From the NCBI GenBank assembly GCA_963719315.1, contig CAVRBU010000002.1:1056001-1120000 (forward strand): a stretch of DNA of 64,000 nucleotides, read 5' to 3'. The notes beneath the pieces are model-generated. The model searched no databases. It saw only the letters and a program-made list of their open reading frames with translations, and was not told the DNA's origin. Both the position numbers and the translations under genes were made by a program. The first letter of the stretch is position 1. Each line of letters starts with the position of its first letter. This document shows, piece after piece, positions 43,204 through 54,436 of the stretch. The DNA is from an uncultured Planctomycetota bacterium. Its GTDB lineage: Bacteria > Planctomycetota > Planctomycetia > Pirellulales > Lacipirellulaceae.

Positions 43204-43280
43204 CAAATGACCAATGACCAAGCACAAATAACCAACCATATTCTCCGATCTGGTCATTGGAATTTGGTCATTGGTCATTG
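43204..43280. repeat. Inverted heptamer pair (AATGACC / GGTCATT) between nuoC and nuoD
   Basis: caaatgaccaatgaccaagcacaaataaccaa ... tggtcattggaatttggtcattggtcattg. Confidence 0.9.
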
Positions 43281-43288
43281 TTTTATGA

Positions 43289-43819
43289 CTACCTCCCGCG
43301 AATGCCATGATATTCCAACGGCATCTCATAATCTTTGCGGAGCGGATGGCCGACCCAATCTTCGGGGCACAGTATGCGCCGCAAATTCGGATGGCCCGTG
43401 AAATACACGCCGGACAGATCGAATACTTCGCGCTCGTGCCAATCCGCCGTGCTCCACAGGCCGGAGACGCTCGGCAACTCCGGCAACTCGCCCGGCTTGT
43501 CGTTGTTCCATCGCGGCAGCATTACCTTGAGCACGAGGCTGTGCTTATGTTTCATACTGTACAGGTGGTAGACGACTTCCGTGTGCGGCTGCCATTCGCT
43601 CTTGGCTGCCTTCTTTTCATCGGTGTGCAGATAATCCACGCCCGAAATGCAGCTTAGGTAATCGAACGACAGGCCGGGATCATCGCGCAGGTAGCGGCAG
43701 ACTTCCAACAGCCCATCCGGCGTGACCTCGATCCACGGATCGATATTTTCCAAGTTCGCGCCGCTAATCTTGGCGCCGAACTTGGACTTCAATTGCTCAA
43801 CAAATGCAGTTCCAGCCAT
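43289..43819 (-). CDS. nuoC: NADH-quinone oxidoreductase subunit C
   Basis: SGVDY, ADWHEREVFDL, GHPNLRRIL, GHPLRKDY. Alternative start at 43855. Confidence 0.94.
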   Translation of the reverse strand: MAGTAFVEQLKSKFGAKISGANLENIDPWIEVTPDGLLEVCRYLRDDPGLSFDYLSCISGVDYLHTDEKKAAKSEWQPHTEVVYHLYSMKHKHSLVLKVMLPRWNNDKPGELPELPSVSGLWSTADWHEREVFDLSGVYFTGHPNLRRILCPEDWVGHPLRKDYEMPLEYHGIRGR

Positions 43820-43876
43820 CTTCGATTTGCTCTCGAGCTCGGCGAGCCGGGCCATCTGCGGCCCCGGCGGTTTTCG

Positions 43877-44503
43877 TTATGCAGAAAGGATCGACTGACT
43901 CGGCTCCAACGCCCGCGGTGTGGGTGGCGGTCGATGAGCGGGTTGCGGCCGCTCGCGCGTCATTGCTCGCACCCAGTCGAGATCCCCCCGCTTCCATACA
44001 TAGGCAAAACCAACCAGCAGCACGCCGAAGAACACGCCGATATCGGCCAACGAGGCGAGTGCCAGCCCATGAGCCGCCTGCCGCAATTCCGGGCTGTCGG
44101 CCACAGCCGCTGGCACACTGGGCAGGCCCAGCTCGCGCAAACGGGCCGCCGTCACTTGCTCTATTACGCCATTCGAGCCGCTCGACGCCGCATCGGCCGC
44201 CACGGCAGCCGGCGGTCCAGCCGCAAGCTCCGTCACCTTGCCGAAAACCGCCGCCCACGGGAAAAAGAACGCCACTTCCACATCGAAAATGATGAACAGC
44301 AGCGCAACCACGTAAAACCGCAGGTCGAACTGCACGAAGCTCGAACCGATAGTCGGCTCGCCGCACTCGTATACCTCCAGTTTTTCGACGTTCGGCAACC
44401 GCGGCCGCACCAACCAACCGAGCACCAGATTCGCAAACAGGAACAAAAAGCCCGTCAGCGCGAACAGAGCGACGTAAGCGGCGATGGCGGTGGGGGTGGC
44501 CAT
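43877..44503 (-). CDS. nuoA: NADH-quinone oxidoreductase subunit A with a long TM2-TM3 loop
   Basis: YECGEP, RFYVVALLFIIFDVE, YVWKRGDLDW. Confidence 0.93.
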   Translation of the reverse strand: MATPTAIAAYVALFALTGFLFLFANLVLGWLVRPRLPNVEKLEVYECGEPTIGSSFVQFDLRFYVVALLFIIFDVEVAFFFPWAAVFGKVTELAAGPPAAVAADAASSGSNGVIEQVTAARLRELGLPSVPAAVADSPELRQAAHGLALASLADIGVFFGVLLVGFAYVWKRGDLDWVRAMTRERPQPAHRPPPTPRALEPSQSILSA

Positions 44504-44510
44504 GAGTTTT

Positions 44511-44582
44511 AGTCCATTGTCCGTAATCGGTTGTCCGTTGCAATCTCTACTTTCGCCCGTAACGGACCACGGACCACGGACA
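44511..44582. repeat. Inverted heptamer pair (GTCCGTT / CGGACCA) between nuoI and nuoA
   Basis: agtccattgtccgtaatcggttgtccgttgc ... gtaacggaccacggaccacggaca. Confidence 0.88.
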
Positions 44583-44586
44583 AAAC

Positions 44587-45135
44587 CTACTGATTCGGCC
44601 CGCCGTGAACGGGCTCGGTAATTACCTTGGAATCGGCCACCGCCGTGGGGTTGAGCGTCGCTCGGCCCCATGCCACGTCCAGCGGCATCCGCGAAAAATC
44701 TACGATGCAACCATCGCGGCTGTAGCAGCTCAAATCGTGCGTCGCACCCATAAATATGCAATCGACCGGGCACGGCTCGACGCACAGCGCACAGAACATG
44801 CACTTCGTATAGTCGATCGTGTAGCCGGTGATCTTGAAACCCTTGCCGCCTTCAACGCGTTCCTTGCCGATGTAAATGCAATCGACCGGGCAGGCCTTCG
44901 CACACTGATCGCACGCGATGCACGTCGTCAAATCGAAGCGGTGGAAGCCCCGGTAGCGGGCAGCCACCGGCACCGGCAACTCCGGGTATTCGAAGTGCTC
45001 AGTGAACGTCTTTCGTTCAGGCCGATACGTCTTGAGCGCGGTCCGGAACGTGACCCATAGGCCGTGACCTACGGTGTAAACCGTATCCACGACATTGCCC
45101 ATCCAGGGCCAGATAGCCTTCAACGCATTGATCAT
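44587..45135 (-). CDS. nuoI: NADH-quinone oxidoreductase subunit I
   Basis: YPE...[28 protein letters not shown]. Confidence 0.9.
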   Translation of the reverse strand: MINALKAIWPWMGNVVDTVYTVGHGLWVTFRTALKTYRPERKTFTEHFEYPELPVPVAARYRGFHRFDLTTCIACDQCAKACPVDCIYIGKERVEGGKGFKITGYTIDYTKCMFCALCVEPCPVDCIFMGATHDLSCYSRDGCIVDFSRMPLDVAWGRATLNPTAVADSKVITEPVHGGPNQ

Positions 45136-45326
45136 TGGGCCGCGATATTTCCTAAGCAGATCGGCAGTCAGTGGTATAGTAAAACGGCGACCAGAAAGGT
45201 GCGCATCCGACATACGGCAACTCGCCGCATGGCAATCCTGCACCCACGTCGCCTATATGTTTGCGGTCGATTATAGGGCGTTCGCCAATCGATCCGCAAC
45301 CGGCAATTCGAGACGGAGCGGACGAC

Positions 45327-46857
45327 GGGGTAGGCGTCTCGATTGTTGGTGGGAAATCTGCTCTGCTGAAGGGTCTGTGACAATTGGGGGGTAATTCTCG
45401 AACTCGAAGACCGGAGAGCAGAGCGATGGCCAAGCAGATCAAGGCGTTGGAACTGGACCTGACAGCGGAAGAGGAAGCGGCGGCGGAGCGGATTTACGAG
45501 TCGCTCAAGGGCCAGGCCGAACAGCAGTTGAAGAACATGGCGCGGATGATGGCGGCGAAGAAGCCCGAGGAGTTGTTGGGCCGCGGCGAGTTCGAGTTGC
45601 GGGACATGTTGTTCGATTTGGGAGCGAACGTGCTGGAGACCGCCACCAACGAGTGTGTAAAAAAGGGGCGCTTATCAGGGAGCTAGCTTAGCCTGCTCCT
45701 GCGGCGGCAGCGCGAAGTTCATCGACTGGCGAACGAAAGGATTGGTCAGCCTGCTGGGAGACATCCGTTTGACGCGGACCTATTACTACTGCTGCCAGTG
45801 CGGCGCGAGCCAGCAGCCCTGGGACGAGCGGCTGGGCCTCACCCCGCGGCACGTCACGCCCGGCGCGGAGGAACTGGCGTCGCTGGCCGGCACGCTGAGC
45901 AGCTTTGGCTTGGCGGCCGAACGAGCCTTGGTCCGCATGAGTGGCATTCGGTTGGCGGAGTCGACCGTGCTGCGCGTCACGGAAGAAGCGGGCCAACGCT
46001 TGGGAGCGAAACTCGCGGCCAAGCAAACGTTTGGCCCCCAGGAAGACTGGCTTTGGCAACGGGATGCCGAGGGTCGGCACTGCGCTACCTGGCCGTCGAT
46101 CACACGGGGGTGCCGCAGCAGGCCATCGGCGGTGGCCCGGCGGAGTCGCGGATGGCCGCGGTGGCGATGGTCTTCAATGCGCGTTCGCCGTTCGAGGAAC
46201 AACCAGCCCAAGATCCACACCAAGTGCGGTATTTGGCCGGTTTTCATGATTTAGACGATTTGGGGCTGCAATGGCGCCGGCAGGCCGCGCAGGTCGGCTG
46301 GGACCACGCCGAGCAACAGATCGCGCTGACCGACGGCGCTCCTTGCTTGGAGCGTTTCATCGAGAAGAACGCGCCGCTGGCGGTGCGGATCCTCGACTTT
46401 TACCATGCCAGTGAGCACGTGGCCGAATTGGCTCGTGCACTTCACCCGGGCGATGACGGCGCCTTTGCCAAACGACAACGTGACTGGTGTCACAAGCTCA
46501 AGCACGAAGGAGGAGCAGCGCTCGTGGCCAGTTGGGAATCGCTCGATCAGAGCGACTGGAACGAGGCCCAGCGGGAGTGCTACCGACAACAAGCACAATA
46601 CGTGCGGAACAACGTCCATCGCATGGACTATCCCACGTACTTGACCCGCGGTTGGATGATCGGCTCCGGTCCGGTGGAAGCCGCGTGCAAGCTGGTCGTG
46701 GGAGGACGGCTCAAAGGCAGCGGGATGCGCTGGCGAGAGCCCGGCAGCGACAGCGTCTGCCACCTCCGCGCCCTGTTCCTCGGCCAGCCCGGACAGTGGG
46801 AAGGCTTCTGGTATCAGACTGCCGTCTAATACCACCAACAAAAAAGACGCCCACCCG
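45327..46857 (+). mobile_element. ISKra4-family insertion sequence
   Basis: IRL gggtaggcgtctcgattgttggtgg vs IRR (reverse complement) gggtgggcgtcttttttgttggtgg, flanked by the direct repeat (g)cggacgac. Confidence 0.85.
45426..46829 (+). CDS. ISKra4-family transposase, in three frames (breaks near 45665 and 46085)
   Basis: RTYYYC zinc-finger-like segment, TDGA, ILDFYHASEH, IGSGPVEAACK, RLKGSGMRW. Confidence 0.82.
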
Positions 46858-47360
46858 CGGACGACCGGACTACCTTTGTGACTGATTGTCGGCCCCTGAC
46901 CGAGGAGCGAGCATTCCGGTCTGCCACTCCCTCACCGCCACAGCGGTCGCTGCTCGCCCGTGACGAAGCGTTTGCGGACTTGGCGCCAACGACGGCTAGC
47001 CTGCTGCTCGCCGTCACGCACCCCGCAACGGCGGCGTTTGACGAGGCGGAGGCCGGCTCAGCGCTTAGCGAGGCCGCCGGGAATGTTGGCTCCGACCTCT
47101 CGAACCCCACGCCGGAGTGGGAAGCGGTATTTGAACAATTCGCTAAACGAATCGAATAGCTGCAGCTTCAGTGCGTAACATACTTTCTGTCAGGTACTTA
47201 CACAAAGTTGGTGAGAAGCCGATCGCAAGCGCAACCGAAACATGCTGGTACGACTCGTTCGAAACTGATTTACAGATTCATCGTGTAATCTGGTAGATTT
47301 GTTACGTCGTCAGGCCAATTCAAGTTTTGCCGGCTGAATGCGAAGTAGGTTGAAGGACTT

Positions 47361-49052
47361 ATGGCGAATGCGTTTGCAATTGGCGTTGATTACGGCACGA
47401 ACAGCGTTCGAGCGCTCGTGGTCAACTGCGCCACCGGTGAAGATATCGCCACGGAGGTGTACGATTACCGCTGCGGCGAGGCGGGTATCCTACTCGACCA
47501 GAGTGATCCAAATCTGGCCCGACAGAACCCGGCGGATTACGTTGAGGGTTTCTTCGCCTCCGTTGGCGGCGCGGTGGAGAGGGCCAAAGCTATCCCGTCG
47601 TTCTCCCCGGACCGCGTGGTCGGAATTGGCATTGATACGACCGGTTCAACGCCCCTGCCCGTCGATGCCGACGGTGCCCCGTTGGCCTTTCACGACGTAT
47701 TCAAGGATGATCTTGCGGCCCAAGCCTGGCTGTGGAAGGACCATACGGCTCACGAGGAGGCGCAAGCAATTACCCGCGCGGCCCGCGACGGAGGCTTCCC
47801 TTACTTGGCAAAGTGCGGCGGCGCGTATTCTTCGGAGTGGTACTGGTCCAAGATTCTTCATTGTATGCGTTCTGCTCCCCACGTAGCCAAAGCGGCTGCT
47901 TCGTGGGTCGAACTTGCAGATTTCGTTCCAGCCTACATCACGGGGAATCTGGCACCCGGCAAAATCGTTCGTGGAATCTGTGCCGCTGGACACAAAGCGA
48001 TGTATCACGCCGAGTGGGGCGGTCTGCCAAGCGCTGAGTTCCTCGATTCAATCCAGCCAGGGTTGTCGCGTTTTCGGTATGACGTCCCCGCTGTGGCCTC
48101 GAACCATAAAGCGGGCGAACTCACTGCCGAACTGGCCGATAAGGTAGGCTTGCCGGTCGGGATCCCGGTTGCTGTTGGCGCGTTCGACGCCCACATGGGG
48201 GCGGTCGGCGCCGGCTGCGGCAAGGGGATTCTCGTCAAGATCATCGGCACCAGCACGTGCGACTGCATGCCCGCTCCGATGACCGAAAAGCTGCCCGACA
48301 TCCCGGGCCTCTGCGGCATCGTGCCCGAGTCCATCATCCCTGGCATGTATGGCTTGGAAGCAGGCCAGTCGGCGGTGGGCGACATTTTCAATTGGTTCGT
48401 GAAGCAGCTTGCCCCTGCGAAATACGGTAGCGAATCAGAAGTTCACGCGAATCTCTCCGATGATGCGGCCCGGCTCCGTCCGGGCGAGTCGGGCCTGGTG
48501 GCACTCGACTGGAATAACGGCAATCGCACTGTTCTGGTCGACTCACAGCTCACCGGCTTGCTGGTCGGCCAGACGCTGCACACAAGCGCCGCCGAGATCT
48601 ACCGGGCACTCATCGAGGCAACCGCCTTGGGGGCGCTTACAATTATCAACCGCTTGGAAGAGTACAATGTCAAGGTCGATCAAGTGATTAACTGCGGCGG
48701 CATCGCAGAGAAAAATCCTTTGGTCATGCAAATCTATGCCGACGTCTGCAATCGACCGATGCGTATTAGCCGGTCCGCGCAAACCTGTGCGTTGGGCGCG
48801 GCGATTTTCGGCGCTGTGGTTGGCGGTGCGCATCCGACCGTGGAAGCGGCGCAAGCCAGCATGACCGGCGTGAAGGACATTGTTTACCTGCCAATTCCCG
48901 AGAATGTGGCCGTGTATCGGGCGTTGTACAAAATCTACCGCACGCTGCACGATGCCTTCGGCACGGAGGGCTTCTCCGGTTCGTTGTCTCACGTGATGAA
49001 GGACCTGATTGCGATTCGAAAGCGCGCTCGCAAAGGGTTGGCCGATGCTTGA
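47361..49052 (+). CDS. araB: Ribulokinase
   Basis: GVDYGT, GIDTTGST, WKDHTA, YSSEW, DWNNGNR. Confidence 0.93.
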   Translation: MANAFAIGVDYGTNSVRALVVNCATGEDIATEVYDYRCGEAGILLDQSDPNLARQNPADYVEGFFASVGGAVERAKAIPSFSPDRVVGIGIDTTGSTPLPVDADGAPLAFHDVFKDDLAAQAWLWKDHTAHEEAQAITRAARDGGFPYLAKCGGAYSSEWYWSKILHCMRSAPHVAKAAASWVELADFVPAYITGNLAPGKIVRGICAAGHKAMYHAEWGGLPSAEFLDSIQPGLSRFRYDVPAVASNHKAGELTAELADKVGLPVGIPVAVGAFDAHMGAVGAGCGKGILVKIIGTSTCDCMPAPMTEKLPDIPGLCGIVPESIIPGMYGLEAGQSAVGDIFNWFVKQLAPAKYGSESEVHANLSDDAARLRPGESGLVALDWNNGNRTVLVDSQLTGLLVGQTLHTSAAEIYRALIEATALGALTIINRLEEYNVKVDQVINCGGIAEKNPLVMQIYADVCNRPMRISRSAQTCALGAAIFGAVVGGAHPTVEAAQASMTGVKDIVYLPIPENVAVYRALYKIYRTLHDAFGTEGFSGSLSHVMKDLIAIRKRARKGLADA

Positions 49053-49740
49053 CGACCTCAAGGAACAAGTGTGCCAGGCCAACCTTGATCTGGTGAAGCA
49101 TGGCCTCGTAACGCTCACCTGGGGCAACGTGAGTGGCACCAGCGACGATCGTCGGCACGTCGTGATTAAACCCAGTGGCGTTCCGTACGACCAGATGCGG
49201 CCCGAGCACATGGTCGTGGTTGACCTTAACTGCAACGTGGTCGAAGGCAAAATGCGCGCTTCCAGCGACACTCCGACCCACGTCCTCTTGTACAAACACT
49301 TCGAGCGGGTCGGCGGCATCACGCACACGCACAGCCGCAACGCGACTATTTTCGCCCAGGCCCGAATGGAAATTTCCTGCCTCGGCACCACACATGCCGA
49401 TCATTTCCATGGGCCCATTCCCGTGACAAGGCAACTTACCGAACAGGAAGTGGCGGAGGACTACGAAGCCAACACCGGGAGAGTGATCATCGAACGTTTT
49501 GCCAAACTTGACCCCGTAGCCCTGCCGGCCGTATTGGTGGCCGGGCACGCGCCATTCACTTGGGGAGCCACGCCCGCCAAGTCGGTGGAGAATGCCGTCG
49601 CGCTGGAAGCGGTGGCAGAGTTGGCTTTGGGCGTGATGCATCTAGTCGCCGATCCTCCACCGTTGGAATCCTATGCCTTGGACAAACACTACCTTCGAAA
49701 ACATGGACCTGATGCCTGCTACGGTCAGGCAAGCAAGTAA
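49045..49740 (+). CDS. araD: L-ribulose-5-phosphate 4-epimerase
   Basis: TWGNVS, IKPSGV, SSDTPTH, HTHS, GTTHADHF, KHYLRKHG. Confidence 0.95.
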   Translation: MLDDLKEQVCQANLDLVKHGLVTLTWGNVSGTSDDRRHVVIKPSGVPYDQMRPEHMVVVDLNCNVVEGKMRASSDTPTHVLLYKHFERVGGITHTHSRNATIFAQARMEISCLGTTHADHFHGPIPVTRQLTEQEVAEDYEANTGRVIIERFAKLDPVALPAVLVAGHAPFTWGATPAKSVENAVALEAVAELALGVMHLVADPPPLESYALDKHYLRKHGPDACYGQASK

Positions 49741-49743
49741 CTC

Positions 49744-51239
49744 ATGTTAAAGCTCGATCAATTCGAAGTGTGGTTCGTCACAGGCAGTCAGTATCTTTAC
49801 GGCGAAAAAACGCTGATCGAAGTTAACGATCACGCAAGAATCATTGCTCAGGGTTTGGCTGATTCTAAACAGCTGCCGGTCCGCGTTGTCTGTAAACCCG
49901 TGCTTACCACGCCCGAGGCGATCCTTGACGTGTGCCAGGCTGCCAACAGCGAGCCGAACTGCATTGGCTTGGCGGCCTGGATGCACACGTTCTCGCCCGC
50001 CAAGATGTGGATCGCCGGGCTCAAGGCGCTCCATAAGCCGCTGGTACACCTCCACACGCAATTCAACCGCGAGATTCCCTGGGCCACGATTGACATGAAC
50101 TTCATGAATTTGAACCAGTCGGCCCATGGTGGGCGCGAGTTCGGTTCATCTGCAGTCGGATGCGATTGCCGCGAAAAGTGGTCGTTGGCCATTGGCAGGA
50201 TCCACGAGTGCAGCGCGAACTGGGCATTTGGACCCGCGCCGCCGCCGCTCGCAACGACGCTCATACCGCCAAGATTGCCCGCATTGGCGACAACATGCGC
50301 GAGGTGGCCGTTACCGAAGGCGACAAAGTCGCTGCGCAAATACAGTTGGGCTATTCGGTCAACGGCTATGGGCTAGGTGATCTGGTGAAATGCGTGGAGG
50401 ACGTCTCCGATCACGCGGTCGATGAGCTATGTGTTGAATACGACGAAAGTTATCAGATGGCGCCTGAACTACGAGCCGAGGGTAAGCGCCGTGCGTCGCT
50501 TCGCGATGCGGCCCGTATCGAGTTGGGATTACGGGCATTCCTCACCGCCGGTGATTTTGTGGCCTTCACCGATACGTTTGAAAACTTACACGGCCTGAAG
50601 CAGTTGCCCGGTTTGGCCGTGCAACGTTTGATGAACGATGGCTACGGCTTCGGCGCCGAAGGCGATTGGAAGGCGGCCGCGTTGACGCGCACCGCCAAGG
50701 TGATGTCCGCGGGATTGAGAGGAGGCACTTCGTTCATGGAAGATTACACGTACCATCTCACCGGCGAGGATTCGATTTGCCTGGGAGCGCATATGTTGGA
50801 AATCTGTCCCTCCATCGCCCAAGGGAAACCCTCCTGCGAGGTTCATCCACTGGGGATCGGCGGCAAAGACGATCCGGTGCGACTGGTTTTTGACACGCCG
50901 CCGGGACCAGCCGTCAACGTGACGCTCGTGGACATGGGCAACCGCTTCCGCATGCTGCTGAATGAAGTGGAAGTCATCGCCCCGCCACAGGCGCTGCAAA
51001 AACTGCCTGTTGCACGTGCACTGTGGAAGCCGCTGCCGAACCTTAACGTCGCGGCCGCGGCGTGGATTCACGCCGGCGGTTCGCACCACCCGACTTTCAG
51101 CCAGGCCCTCACGACCGAGCACTTCGAAGACTTGGCGGAGATGAATGGCGTGGAGTTCTTGGTAATCGAGACCGAAACGCGGCTCCGAGAATTCAAGAGT
51201 GTGATCCGCTGGAACGACGCGACGGGAGCCTATTCCTAG
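49744..51239 (+). CDS. araA: L-arabinose isomerase, apparent 1-bp frameshift near 50146
   Basis: [27 protein letters not shown], then in a second frame [24 protein letters not shown]. Confidence 0.92.
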
Positions 51240-51767
51240 ATAGTTTTTAAGTGCTCCCTGTTGGACTCGAACCAACAACCTACTGATTAAGAGGCAAGTT
51301 CTCAAGTGCCTCTCCATCACGGTTTTCGCCGTCTCCGCCCGATTTCGTGTCGTCTCGCTTGCTCGCCGCTTGTTTTCGTTGCCGGCTTTTGCGAGACCTG
51401 CTGATATGGTTGTCATGTAGCATACCGCCGGCGGTAGCGGCGCAGCTTCTCGACGCTTGGTGGCGACGTACCCGGGAAATCACCGGTGCCAGTCGCGATA
51501 GCTGGGCGACCGGATGCTGTGACAACGAGCTAGTTTTTAAGACTACTTGGCGTTTTGTGAGGTGACATAAGTTTCGATACGTCGCCGGCTGAAGATTTCG
51601 CCACCAAACGACTTTCGCCGACGAGTGCCGGCAAACGAAGGACGAGGGACTTGGGATCGGGGACGGGGGCCGAACGTGTTGGCAGACTCGCTCTAAAAGC
51701 AGCGGAACTCTTCACCCGATTCCGGGTCTGTGGCGGTGTTAGGGGCTAGACAGCCATACAGAAAACA

Positions 51768-52795
51768 TTAAATCAATCGTCCGACTCGATAGAACGAAGT
51801 GAACGACAAAGCCATGACCGTGCAGATTCCAGCCAGAGCAACGCTACTGGTTTCCGGAACCGAAACGCTAAGACCATTAGCGGCGTCCCGGACGGCCCCA
51901 AAGTTAGTCCTCCACTGATAGTATTGTGCTTCGCCAATGGCGTCACCAAAGAGACCACCATAAAGGTCATTGGGTAACGTCGTGATAGTACCCTCAGCCT
52001 TTCGCCAAACCACGTAGTCGGCTGCGTCCACGCGATTATCGTCGTTGTAATCGCCCCACAACACGGGGGTTGTGTCGAAACCCGTCAGGACAACAAAGTT
52101 GGGGTCGAACGGGCTATTAGGGCCATAGTGGACAGTAAAAGTTCCGAGACCTCCGATTTGTGGTGGTGACAAGTAAGGCACGAAAACTCTCGTTCCCGGC
52201 TTTGCATTGTCAAATTGACCCGTAAGGATACCAGCTTCAAGGACGACAAACGAATCACCAGCTGCTGGGATGAAGCCATTCGCGAGCGAGATCAATAATC
52301 TGCCGTCAAGGTCCGCGGCACCAGTTATCTTGACCTTATCCATGATGTTGTCGGCTGTGCCGCCGCCAATTTCAATTCCTATCGATCCCGTGTCTGACTG
52401 GGTATAGCTACCGTTAATGTGAGTTGTTCTGTCGATCGAGTCGTGAGGCTCCAACACGCCACCGTCGTTGGTTAAATCACCGGCGAAAATGCCTACCTTG
52501 AGTTCTCCGCCGGTAAACGAGAACGAACCATTCCCTCCACCCAAAACTATGTGACCGGCACTTGCGTCGAGCGTGCCGCCGCGCAGTTCATACCGACCCG
52601 CAGCTCCGGCTAACGCTGCAATCCATACATTTGATGCAGTTACCGTTCCGGAACTTTGAACAAACTCGCCATTGCTGCCCGAATAAAGCCCTACAAATAG
52701 CTGGTCACCGACGTTGACCGTAGCGAAACCGCTAATGCGCATCGTGCCGGATCCTTGGTGACCCACATACATGTTAAACTCTGATTCAAAAGCGC
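51768..52795 (-). pseudogene. 5'-truncated secreted protein with passenger-like beta repeats, dockerin-like motif and VPE sorting tail
   Basis: GDYNDDNRVDAADYVVWR...WRTNFG...VPETSS plus TM. No signal peptide; the upstream part of the ORF is antisense TopIB sequence. Confidence 0.75.
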
Positions 52796-53311
52796 TTTCG
52801 AGCCAAAGGGGGCGTTCAGCGCGAAGTGGTGATAGAAGACAAACGGCTTGTGCGACTCGTGCGTCAACTGAAAAGATTGCCCGGCGCGCATCTATTTCAG
52901 TACCGAGACGAAGAGGGTGCGATCCACCGCGTCGATTCATTGCAGGTCAACTAGTATCTCCGCGAAGCAACCGGCGAAGAGACTATTACCGCCAAGGATT
53001 TTCGCACGTGGAAGGCGTCATCGCTTGCCGCGGAGCTCCTCTATGAGGAACGCTGGGCCGACACGTCGAAAGAGCGTAAGCGAGTGATCAACCAAGTTGT
53101 CGCCAATGTGGCGGAAACCCTAGGCAACACACCTGCCGCGTGCCGGAACAGTTACATTCACCCCGGCCTACTCGTGTCTTATGAAGCCGGGGAATTTGGC
53201 GATTACTTTCAGGGTTTTTCAGCTAACCGGTACAACCAACTGCGTCGACAGGAGTAAATATTTGCTCGGTTCCTACGACGATGGAATCCTCAAAGGATCA
53301 CACAGAAGTGA
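52796..53311 (+). pseudogene. DNA topoisomerase IB C-terminal fragment with two in-frame stops
   Basis: Own translation: FRAKGG...LPGAHLFQY...VN*YLREATG...TAKDFRTW...LGNTPAACRNSYIHP. TAG at 52952, TAA near 53255. Confidence 0.88.
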
Positions 53312-53449
53312 CGCAGAACTGATAGCCACTGAACTGCCCATGTGGACGCACTTCAATCAACCACCTCAGGAAATTATCGTTGTGGCTCATGCTTCGTTCT
53401 GCGACGATAACGTGCCAGTTCATAGCCAGCAATATTCGAGAAAATAGCC

Positions 53450-53497
53450 AAAAAGAGACTGACTTCCCCGCGCGTCTATCAGAGAAGCCAGCCTCTT
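53450..53497 (-). terminator. Possible terminator of the PRC-barrel gene
   Basis: Imperfect inverted repeat aagagactgacttc / gaagccagcctctt followed by a T-run on the minus strand. Confidence 0.4.
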
Positions 53498-53518
53498 GAT
53501 GGTGCTGAACGAATAGGA

Positions 53519-54436
53519 CTATTTTGTAGGCGGCCAGGAGTTATACGATTCATCATTCTGATGACGCCAAGTTCTATCGGCAAAGTCCGGCCAGTGATCC
53601 TTGTCGAAACCCTCAATTCCTTTGAACGAATCTTTAGTCACAGAAAGTTCGGCTGTGAGCTTGTCGTTGGAGTCCCTTTGGATTGCAAAAGACTTAAGCG
53701 GAATTGCAAAAAGCTTGTTCCCCACCCCCAGGAAACCACCGACAGACAGAGCTACATAACGGGCGTGCCCATTGGCGTCGTCAATAATAACATCATTGAT
53801 CTCACCGACCGTATCATTGTTTGCGTTATGGACGTTTAGCCCGGAAAGCTCACTCACCCGGGCCAGGTTTGCTGGATGAGTTGTTTTGTTTGCATACCGC
53901 CGATGAAGAGATACATAAGCGCGGTCATTTGTGGTCCGCCATGATTCGTCAGCCATATTGGGCCACGCATTTTGGTCGAAGCCTTGTGCGTTCTTTAGCG
54001 TGTCTTTGGAGACATCTAGAATCGCAACGACATCGCGAAGCTTTTTATTCTCCGTCACCGTCGGATTGTTGGCGGAGCGTTCCTCATCCGCGTTGTTAGC
54101 GGGGGCGTTTTCCGACGGAAGAAAAGTAAAAGCATCATAAGGAATCGCAAACAGTTTGTCGCCGATTCCCAAGAATCCACCCACTGATATCGCAACGTAG
54201 GCTACTTCGCCTGTTTTGGTGTCCATGACCAGGTCATATATCTTTCCGACGTCTTCTCCAGAAGCGTTCTTTACCGTCAGCCCCTCCAGTTGCGTTGCAC
54301 GAATAGCCGGGCTAGTAAGACGTGACTGCCCGGATACCGTGGGTGCTGTTTCGGAACGCGCTATGGCTTGCGCAAAAACAACCGATGGGAATAGGAAGGT
54401 GGTTACCGTGAACAGAGTCAATAAATTTGTTTTCAT
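53519..54436 (-). CDS. Secreted tandem PRC-barrel domain protein
   Basis: Signal peptide and two copies of V.N..G..VG.I.D...D...G...YVA.SVGGFLG.G.KLFAIP. Confidence 0.9.
   Translation of the reverse strand: MKTNLLTLFTVTTFLFPSVVFAQAIARSETAPTVSGQSRLTSPAIRATQLEGLTVKNASGEDVGKIYDLVMDTKTGEVAYVAISVGGFLGIGDKLFAIPYDAFTFLPSENAPANNADEERSANNPTVTENKKLRDVVAILDVSKDTLKNAQGFDQNAWPNMADESWRTTNDRAYVSLHRRYANKTTHPANLARVSELSGLNVHNANNDTVGEINDVIIDDANGHARYVALSVGGFLGVGNKLFAIPLKSFAIQRDSNDKLTAELSVTKDSFKGIEGFDKDHWPDFADRTWRHQNDESYNSWPPTK

Noticed and set aside
46878..47159. 93-aa ORF after ISKra4
   Set aside because: It resembles a low-complexity C-terminal remnant of a secreted protein, with no convincing start or family.
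51240..51760. Short ORFs between araA and the VPE-tail gene
   Set aside because: No recognisable motif or RBS. Possibly degraded sequence.
52952..52954. TAG readthrough or recoding in TopIB
   Set aside because: The gene also lacks its 5' half and has a second (TAA) stop, so decay is the simpler explanation.
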